Shown piece after piece: positions 54,477-64,000 of a stretch of DNA of 64,000 nucleotides; position 1 is the first letter of the stretch, and every line of letters begins with the position of its first letter. Location: NCBI GenBank assembly GCA_951406725.2, contig OX597826.1:56110001-56174000 (forward strand), given 5' to 3'. The translations under genes were made by a program, and so were the position numbers. A model generated the notes under the pieces. The model was not told the DNA's origin and did no database searches. It saw only the letters and a program-made list of their open reading frames with translations. This DNA comes from Octopus vulgaris. Lineage: Eukaryota.

Positions 54477-54480
<4 letters not shown>
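53762..54480 (+). mobile_element. Penelope-like pLTR/retrozyme-type insert(s) in (TA)n
   Basis: AT-rich unique blocks 53762-53995 and 54031-54480 embedded in (TA)n; the second contains a full hammerhead. Confidence 0.65.
54143..54269 (+). ncRNA. Type I hammerhead ribozyme with ~90-nt stem II extension
   Basis: ATCT-CTGAAGA-GGCC-[92 nt]-GGCT-GAAAC-agct-GTA^AGAT; helix III is the perfect palindrome ACAGCTGT; predicted cleavage after 54265. Confidence 0.8.
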
Positions 54481-54549
<69 letters not shown>

Positions 54550-54570
54550 TATACAGACATACATATATAT

Positions 54571-54626
<56 letters not shown>

Positions 54627-54840
54627 GACGGGTTTCTTTCAGTTTCTGTCTAGGAAATCCACTCATAACGCTTTGGTCGGCCCAAGGCTACAGAAGAAGA
54701 CACTTGCCCAAGGTGGCACGCAGTGGAACTGACCCGCAACCATGTGGTTGGAATGCAAGCGTCTTACCACACAGCCACCTCTGTACCTATAGCCAGCCCT
54801 GCGCCTATACACCACTCCTACGCCTATAGCCACTCCTGCG

Positions 54841-54876
<36 letters not shown>

Positions 54877-55044
54877 GAATTAGAGATAAAACCACTATTA
54901 GGCAACTCAAACAGTGATAGACATAAACCAATACATAAATAACAAATAATATAAATACAATTAATATAATATATAATTTTTTTAAAAAAAAAGTATAAGA
55001 ATGATGAATATAATAAAATAAGTATATATATATAATAATATATA

Positions 55045-55156
<112 letters not shown>

Positions 55157-55983
55157 GTATATATATGTATATGTATATATATATGTGTGTATATTTATGT
55201 ATGTGTATCTATATATATATATATACATACATATACATATATATATACACACATATACTTTTATATATGTATGGTTTATAATCCTGTTTCTCTCCGTCAC
55301 TCACCCACCTTTCTCTCTCTCTCTATTGTTTTACATAGACACACTGATACATATATATACACACGCACGCACACATATATACTGATAAGTGTATACACAT
55401 ACGTACATACATACAAACATACCAACGTACAAACGTACACACATATATGCGTACGTACATACACATACACAGAAGTTCCATACCCAGAGTTGACGGTAAG
55501 ACCGCATCATATGATTGCACTACAATCAAGAAATGTTAACACCAGCTACTAACTTCAACTAAATCATATATTGCGTCTGTTCAACAGAAGCAAAGAAAAT
55601 ATCTATACAGAACAACATACGTCGATCGCCAACATCGCCACGACCATCACCACCACTACCACCACGGCCGCCGCCGCCATATATCTACAACCACAATAAC
55701 AACAACAACAGCAACAACAACAACAACGACGACGATAGCGGGAACAATAACAATGGAGTATTAGAACAGAGTTAATTCCCAAGTCACATCGTCCAGTGAC
55801 GAATAATCATATTCATCAAATAGAGAAATACGTTTGGGAATTTGGCAATGACTCATCATAAAAAGATTTTCTTAAGCTGTGTTTCAGAAGTCGTACAAGA
55901 AAAATATAGATGTATATTATATAGGTATGTTGTGTGGGTATGTGTGTTTGCCTTGTATGTGCTTACACATGTATGAATGTGTG

Positions 55984-56031
<48 letters not shown>

Positions 56032-56062
56032 CTGTGTATGTATATATATGTGTGTGTGTATA

Positions 56063-56108
<46 letters not shown>

Positions 56109-56275
56109 GATATAGGTAAATCAATATATGTGTGTGTATGTATTTGTGTGTGTGTATGTGTTTGTGTGTGTGTGTGAGAGTGTCGTTATACACACGCACA
56201 CATACAATAAGCAATACGATCACGCTGTCACAGTTTCAAATATATGCAAAATATATTTGGCATTTATTATCCCTC

Positions 56276-56316
<41 letters not shown>

Positions 56317-56425
56317 CAGATACGCACACACACACACACACACCTACGCACGCGGGCATATACACACACTCACACACACACACACATACACATATATACA
56401 TATACTGAAAGATGTAGGGTGTAGA

Positions 56426-56677
56426 GAAGGTAAATCCGTGCTACATATGTTTCTAAGCCAACCTGAACATGTTTTGCGTAGCTCAAATGTGTATCGCGTA
56501 GATATAGAGCTTAGATTTTCTTCAGATCGGATTATCTGCGGTTGTAAACCATTGCCTCTCCGTGTCTTACAGCTGCATATAATCCAACCTGAAGAAAAGC
56601 TAAGCTGCATTTATATACTGCGCGCGTAAAACATGTTCAGATTAACTTGGAAGCGTATATAGTACGAATTTACTTTT
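56426..56677. repeat. Long imperfect fold-back A (~120-bp arms)
   Basis: GGTAAATCCGTGCTACATATGTTTCTAAGCCAACCTGAACATGTTTTGCG versus right-arm reverse complement AGTAAATTCGTACTATATACGCTTCCAAGTTAATCTGAACATGTTTTACG; continues through GCTTAG.TTTTCTTCAG.T.GGATTAT. Confidence 0.88.
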
Positions 56678-56813
56678 AACTTATAATTGCTTATATCGCA
56701 ATTTTCATTGCCAAACTGTGAGTCCTGTAATGGCAATCAGCTTATCTAAACCTTCATCCATATAGGACGCAGTGTATAAAACACGTTAATAAAATTTGCT
56801 GATCGGGTATCAT

Positions 56814-57149
56814 CCATGTATCTCAAAGCAATCTTTCAAGTTCTGCTTATACTTTATATATATTTTAAAAACAAGGACGTTGAACAGTAAGAAAATAAGA
56901 AAATAAACGTGGAAAAAACATGGAGAAGTTTGGTGCTAAATATAGAACAAGAAAAAGAAACGGAATCCAAAAAACTTTAGTTTTCTTGATTTCTTTTCGT
57001 TTTTCACGCACCATTTTTTTGCACCAACCGTCTTCATGTTTTTTCCACGTTTTTTTTTTTTTTTTTTTGTTCTTACTGTCCAGCGTCCTTTTGTTTAAAA
57101 TATATATAACGCATAAACAGAGCCTGAAAGATTGCTTTAAGATTCATGG
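56814..57149. repeat. Long imperfect fold-back B (~150-bp arms)
   Basis: CCATGTATCTCAAAGCAATCTTTCAAGTTCTG...AACGTGGAAAAAACATG versus CATGTTTTTTCCACGTT...CAGAGCCTGAAAGATTGCTTTAAGATTCATGG. Confidence 0.88.
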
Positions 57150-57324
57150 CGTATTTTATAAGTATACTTGTTGGAGTATCATAAAAGCATGGAACTATTA
57201 GCTCTTTCGGTTGTGTGTTTAAATTTATATTTATCTATCAGTGGATGAAATACTTTTTTCTGTTGATTCTATCTTTATTATATCTTTAAACTATACACAC
57301 ACACACACACACACACACACGCAT

Positions 57325-57387
<63 letters not shown>

Positions 57388-57401
57388 CGTATGTGTATAT
57401 T

Positions 57402-57665
57402 CCTTACCGAGCTATAAGCTCATAAGGCCGATTTCCGGATTCTGAATATATTCTCTCCTCACCCCTTTTACAGACGCCAGCATGTGACTGGATTGCCCTT
57501 TTCTACCAACTGAGTGCACTGGGGTATCGTGTAATGACGTGTTAGGCTCAAGAATACAACACATCGTTCGGTCCAGGAATCGAAATAAGAATCTTTCTGG
57601 GATTCGAACTCACAACCTCACGATCGTAAACTCGACGATCTAACCACTGAGCCATGCGCGTTCAC
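57402..57665 (-). mobile_element. tRNA-derived SINE, family C
   Basis: Minus strand GCATGGCTCAGTGGTTAG (A box)...GAGTTCGAATCCC (B box), then a GTTGTATTCTTGAGC...CACTCAGTTGG body. Confidence 0.75.
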
Positions 57666-57699
57666 ACTCACGATCCTATTAAGGTACTAGATATTGGTT

Positions 57700-58790
57700 T
57701 GGGCCAGATCTCCAAGTGGATAGGAATTGAGTGAAGATTACAGGTAGCGTAAACAGTCTGAGTAAAAAATTGCCTGAAGGAAGCTATCATTAGCAGACTA
57801 GGAGAAGTGGCGAATGCCGTCATTATTTACTACCACGTGAATGCCGTGTATTTCTCTGGTTTTCGTTTGGATCCTCTGATCTGAAGGCTTCTCTACTTAC
57901 AACACCATTTGTTCAGAGAGCTCGGTATGCTGTGGTTAATAATGCTGAGCCTAGTAATACACTGAGGGTGCAGCATCTACAAAGAATCCTAGACACCTCG
58001 GACAAAATGAGGTCATGCCTTTCTATGCATGCCTTTTTATTTTTTTACAGCTCGTATTTTCAACGGGGCTGCAGTCCTGGATAAAACGAAAACTAGAGCA
58101 CGTAATATTTGGTATGTTACTAAGCATCAGGTTTTCTAAGGCCAAACAAGTCGACAGGTGATACGTTAACCCTGGTATTCTATAGATATTTTAGTGGTGG
58201 TTCAGAGCGACCATGCAATGAGGCATTATACGTCAAAGAAGAATAACTCAATATTCTGTTCTGGAGGGATTTCGGTATAGGAATTCTAGATAACTTCCAG
58301 GAGTCGCTGGTCTAACAGAATGACAGAGCATTGCCGATTCGAGGTAAACTTTACACAGATGGAATTGTTTTCAGCCAAGTCTGTTCCAGTTCTATATGCA
58401 TTTAGAGCGGCGAGCTGGCAGAAACGTTAGCACGCCGGGCGAAATGCGTAGCCGTATTTCGTCTGCCGTTAAGTGTTCTGGGTTCAAATTCCGCCGAGGT
58501 CGACTTTGCCTTTCATCCTTTCGGGGTCGATAAATTAAGTATCAGTTACGCACTGGGGTCGATGTAATCAACTTAATCCCTTTGTCTGTCCTTGTTTGTC
58601 CCCTCTGTGTTTAGCCCCTTGTGGGTGGTAAAGAAATATATATGCATTTGTTGTGTATTGAAGCATTGCTTGTTTGTATGGCTATGTTTAACGTGGCTGA
58701 AGAACAGATCCAGCCTGTAGCTGAGTCCGCTGTGTGAGTCACTGCCGTCACCGCCTTTCTTTAATCATGAAAGGAAAGTAGCTTTCCTCA
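57700..58790 (+). pseudogene. L1/Tx1 ORF2 post-RT fragment, highly decayed, interrupted by a SINE
   Basis: Remnants RKLSL..R.EVANA, ELGMLWL (GGLG.P motif), HTLRVQHLQRILD, and ERKVAFL near the end. Confidence 0.6.
58406..58638 (+). mobile_element. SINE family B monomer, full length
   Basis: GCGGCGAGCTGGCAGAAACGTTAGC...AAAGAAATA; flanked by TATATGCATTT on both sides, a probable TSD. Confidence 0.92.
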
Positions 58791-59031
58791 AGCTTCAATC
58801 AACAACGTCATCAGTAACACCGACACCATCATCTCGACAACCACACTGAACACTATCACTACTACTATTGCAGCCAACACTACCACTTCCTCCTCCTATC
58901 GCCACCACTACGACCATCACCGTCACCACCGACAACACCAACATCGACAACAGAATCATTATCACCCCCAATATCATCACCACCAATACCGTAATAGCCA
59001 TTGCCGACAAGAACATAAACTTGCAATATAC

Positions 59032-59247
59032 TCTCTTAACATGTTTCAGTCATTTAGTCGAGCAAATCGACCCCAGGACTTATTCTTTGTAAGCCTAGTA
59101 CTTATTCTATCGGTCTCGTTTGCCGAACCGCTAAGTTACGGGGACGTAAACACACCAGCATCGGTTGTCAAGCGATGTTGGAGGGACAAACACAGATACA
59201 CAATCATATACACACATACACACACACACACACACACACATGCACAC

Positions 59248-59324
<77 letters not shown>

Positions 59325-59508
59325 GATATAGATATAGATATATACATGTATACCACGGGCTTCTTTCAGTTTCCGGCTACCAAATCCACTTACAAGGCTT
59401 TGGTCGGCCCGAGGCTATAGTAGAAGACACTTACCCAAGGTGCCACGCAGTGGGACTGAACCTGGAGCCATATGGTTGATAAGCAAGCTACTTACCACAC
59501 AGCCACTC
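59032..59508 (-). mobile_element. SINE family A, full length with expanded internal CA/TA microsatellite
   Basis: Reverse complement of 845-1231. Confidence 0.9.
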
Positions 59509-59569
59509 TTTGGAACAAGGTTAGAAAGGAGATAAAGCGATTACATCGCTTCCATTGCTCAAAAGGTAT

Positions 59570-59880
59570 TCGGCGGAATTTGAACTCAGACCGCCAAGAC
59601 GGACGAAGTGCTGCTAAGCATTTTGCCCGATGTGCTACCGAATCTACCAGCTCATCGCCTTATAAATAGTAAATATACTGACTTATAATTTGGGCCCAAG
59701 GACATCGATTTCGGGAAATGGAGTAAGTTGATTGCATCGACTCCAGTACTCAACTGGTACTTGTTTTATCGACTCCTAAATGATGAAAGGCAAAGTCGGC
59801 CATTACAGAATTTAACTTTAGAACGTGAAAACAAACGAAATGCCCGGCATGCTAACGATTCTGCCGGCTCGCCGCTTTAT
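59570..59880 (-). mobile_element. Two older SINE family B copies
   Basis: CGGCGGAATTTGAACTCAG...CCAGCTCATCGCCTT and GATGAAAGGCAAAGTCG...CTGCCGGCTCGCCGC. Confidence 0.75.
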
Positions 59881-59939
59881 AAACACTAAACATATTACAA
59901 CCAATTGTTGAGACAATAAGAGAATCAGTTATCCAGTCA

Positions 59940-60345
59940 TACAGTTTGGACAGACAACCAGTCAGACAAACAACTATGGTGTTACAGACTCAGGCAGATT
60001 GTCAGACATTTAGATAAGTTGTAAGGTAGGTAGATGGCAAAGGCAGACGACAAACTGTCCGAAAGGCAACCAGACAAGCAATATAGGAGATAGTTAGAGA
60101 GTCAGACAGGCAGTCAGACATTTAGGTTGACAGCCAGTCAGGATGAATGTCAGTCAGACAGTCAGACACTATCTGTATGGCAGGCGTCAGTCAGACAGTC
60201 AATGGACAGTCAAACACATAGTCAGGTAGACAGACAGTCAGAAAGACAGACAGAATCAGTCAGTTAGACAAGCAGTCAGACAGGCAGTCGGACCGTCAGA
60301 CAGGCAGCCGGACCGTCAGACAGACAAACAGGCAAACAGTCAGTA
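59940..60345. repeat. Degenerate (CAGT/CAGA)n satellite
   Basis: Recurrent CAGTCAGACAG motif. Confidence 0.75.
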
Positions 60346-60590
60346 TTACTGTGTTGTACAAGATAAAGACTCTTTCAAAATGGTATAACTAAATGAGCCA
60401 TAAAGAAATGAAGCAAAGTGAAACAAGGCACATAGGGTGGTAGGGAGGTGGTAGTAGGTAGTAACGATTGGTGGGGAGGGGTTAGCGAGGGTTTGGATGT
60501 GGGTTTGCGGTAACGGTTGATGAGAATACTTGGTGGTGGTTATTTTCGGTGATGGCGTTGGTCTTAAATTTACATACACATAAATGTTTG

Positions 60591-60621
<31 letters not shown>

Positions 60622-60787
60622 ACATGTATATGTATATATATTTATATATATATAGATACATATATATACACACACACATAGATATACTTTTATGTGTTAA
60701 CTGTATATACGGACTCACATACACACATACCTGTGTGACTTAATATTATATATATATATATATATATATGTGTGTATATATATATAT

Positions 60788-60838
<51 letters not shown>

Positions 60839-60919
60839 GATATACATATATGTGTTAACTGTATATACGGACTCGCACACACATACCTGTGTGACTTAAT
60901 ATATATATATGTAAGTATG

Positions 60920-60971
<52 letters not shown>

Positions 60972-61069
60972 TCTATCTATCTAATCTATCTATCTATCTA
61001 TCTATCTATTATATATATATATATATATATACATACATACATACATACATACATACATACATACATACA

Positions 61070-61102
<33 letters not shown>

Positions 61103-62682
61103 CTGTATGCATATATGTATGTATATATTATATGTGTGGCGAGGGGTTGGGTTATGTAGGTAGGTAAGTGTGTATATCTAAGCATGTGTGTGTGTTTGTG
61201 CGCGGGTGATTTACGTGAATGTGTATGCACCAAGAAAGAAAGTTTTGAATGGAATAAGAAAAACCGAGAGAGAGAGAGAGAGAGGTGGAGAGCAAAGGAG
61301 GGGCAGAAAGAGAGAAAGAGCATGAAGGAAGACAAGGAAAATAAAGAAATAGGGAGAGGGAGAGGGAGGGAGAAAGATAGAGGGATAGAGAGAGTGAGTA
61401 AAGAAGAGGGAATTGGCACCAAGCAGCGAGGTGCATGGCTGAACCAAAAGCAGACGATAGTTGCTTGCAGAGCTGATTGGCAGATGTTAGATTAAATTCC
61501 TTCTCGTACAAGATATGAGATTTTGGCTAAGGTGTTACTGATTTGGGTCAGTAAGCACTGGAATGGAACCGCTTTCTCTCTCACCCCTCCCTCCCTTTCT
61601 ACTTCTTATTGTTTCTCACGCACTCTCTCTCTCTCTCTCTTTCTCTTTCTCTCCTTGTCGCGTTCTTTGTCTGTCCTTCACTCTCTCTCTCTCTCTATCT
61701 TTCTCTCACTTCTCTCTCTCTCTCTCTTTCAGTCTTTCCCTTTCTTCTTTCTTCGGTTCTTCTCCACTTTGCCCACCGAAGGAATTATAAGACTATATAT
61801 CATCCATACTTGGTTGGTGGAGAGAACCGATATTAATCTTGTGGCCACTTGAATGCGGTGCGCGCACGCGTGTGTGTGTCTGTGTGGGTGTGCGTGTGAA
61901 ATAGACAGAAAGAGAGAGTGTGTGTGTATATATGTGTGTGTGTGTGTGTGTGTTTGTGTAGTTGTATGTGTGCATGCGTGTGTATTTATATGTGTAAGTG
62001 TTCGTGTGTGCGAGTATCAGAGTGTGGAGTGTGAGTTTGTGCGTGTGCATAATTGTCTATGTGCGTGCTTGTTTTATTGTTTGAGTGTGTATAGGTATGT
62101 GTGTACGTGTATAAGGATGTATGTGTGTGTCTGTGCGAATGTATGTGCAACAGAGGAGAGAAAGAGAGAGAGAGAAAGAGAGAGAGAGAAAGAGAGAGAG
62201 AGAAAGAGAGAGAGAGGTGTACTGTGCTGTGTTGGTTTCTGTTTCAGTGGAACGACTGGTGTGTTTATCATTGTGTTTGTCTTGTTTGTTTGTATATGTA
62301 TGTGCATGTATGCGTGTGTGCGTGTGTGTGTGTGTGTGCCTGTGTGTGCGTGTATACGTATTGTATGTACATATGTATATGTGTGAATACGTGTGAGTGC
62401 GTGTTTTTGTGTGCATACGTGTGTGTGTTTGTACGTGTGTGCGTGTACGTGTGTGTGTGTACGTGTGTGTGTACGTGTGTGTGTGTACGTGTGTGTGTGT
62501 ACGCGTGTGTGTGTACGTGTGTGTGTGTACGTGTGTGTGTGTACGTGTGTGTGTGTACGTGTGTGTGTACGTGTGTGTGTGTGCGTGTGTGTATGGTAAA
62601 GCAGTTTGGTAATGAATGGTCCCAGTGAAATAACGGAGACAAACGAGAGGTAAACGAGAGAAAACAAGATAGACAGACAGAC

Positions 62683-62741
<59 letters not shown>

Positions 62742-63036
62742 GGGAGGAAAGAGAGAGAGAATAAAGGGGAGAAAGACACACACAAGGAGAGAAATGGATG
62801 AGGTAGAAAAAATGGAGAAGTTGAGAGAAAGAAAAAGAGGGAAAGTAAGAGGAAGACAGTATGTAAGAGAGAGAGAGAAAGAGAAAGAAAGAGAGCAAAG
62901 TACGTGTTAGCTTATAAAAGAAAAAGAATAAAGGAAACGAGAGTGAGGAGAAAGAGAAAAAGAGGATGAAATATGGGATTGAGTAAGAGAGAAATAAGTG
63001 AGGGAGAGAATGAGAAGAATAGGTAAAAGATACCTC

Positions 63037-63133
<97 letters not shown>

Positions 63134-63769
63134 TAGTGAAAGAGAGAGAAAGAAAAGATAGCAAGAAACGCAGAGTGTAGGAGGAACAGTAGAGAAAGAA
63201 TAGAGGGGGTATATGTGAGAGTATAGGGAAAGAACGTGTGGTGGAATGGATAGACAGAGAGAGAGAAAAAGGTGAGAGTAGGGCCGGAGAGTAATGTGGA
63301 AACTATTGAGTAGATGATAAATGGTTAGGTGACGTGACAATAAATATTACACACCAATAGATAGATGGTAACTGGTGAATTGTTGTAGATTGCAGTAACT
63401 ACACTGGCTAAATATAACTCCGGCGTATGGAGAGGTTTTACTGTAGGAATTCAAACGTTTGAGCTTAGTTATATTATGATTATTGGGTGACTATAAGGTA
63501 ACTAAAGATACTTTTGATGGAACACGGTGTTAATGGATGATGGTAAGTAATTGCTTAAGCGCTCGTGTAGGTTAGGTATAGACTGGCTAATATGATACAC
63601 CTCCGTATGGAATTTCATAGCTGAGGTTGGTCGTAGAGTTGCTATACGGTGACTATAGAACAGCTACAGAAAATTGAGGAGGAACAGAGTGCCTTTGGGT
63701 GGTATGTAGTTACATAAGCTCTTGTGTAAATTAACGGTTGGTTGCAGTAGCTATAGACTCGGTATTTTT

Positions 63770-63992
63770 CTAATCTTTTACATGTTTCAGTCATTTGACA
63801 GCGGCCGTGCAGGAGCACCGCTTTTGATTGTACAAATCGACACCAGGATTTTTTCTTTGTAAGTTTAGTACTTATTCTATCGGTCTCTTTTTCCAAACTG
63901 CTAAGTTACGGGGGACGTAAATGCACCAACATCTGTTGTCAAACGACGGTGTAGGGACAAACACATACACATAAATAAACACACACACACAC
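63770..63992 (-). mobile_element. SINE family A 3' half
   Basis: TGTTTCAGTCATTTGAC...GTACTTATTCTATCGGTCTCTTTT...CTAAGTTACGGGG. Confidence 0.85.
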
Positions 63993-64000
63993 GTTTCATT

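Larger units (their letters stand above)
53530..54842 (-). mobile_element. SINE family A split at its internal TA tract by hammerhead-type inserts
   Basis: 3' half 53530-53708 and 5' half 54625-54842 in the same orientation. Confidence 0.8.

Overview
AT-rich, microsatellite-saturated eukaryotic DNA with no intact protein-coding gene that I can support. The tRNA-headed SINE families and repeat landscape resemble those I know from octopus (coleoid cephalopod) genomes; this assignment is inference. Nearly all ORFs in the track are translated microsatellites ([16 protein letters not shown]) or transposon debris. Transposon content: about 20 copies of two SINE families plus two rarer ones, decayed L1/Tx1, R4/Dong and CR1 LINE pieces, three mariner derivatives, one non-autonomous Helitron, and a 554-bp non-coding element confined to (AAT)n tracts. 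The most notable signal is a set of short non-coding inserts, mostly in (TA)n/(TG)n tracts. Five carry complete type I hammerhead ribozyme cores with unrelated stems (12676, 17298, 50875, 53419, 54143), several more carry half cores, and many have a fold-back at one end. This fits miniature Penelope-like or retrozyme retroelements. The window is also rich in long imperfect inverted repeats that could form dsRNA if transcribed. All calls are by eye; boundaries of decayed elements are approximate.
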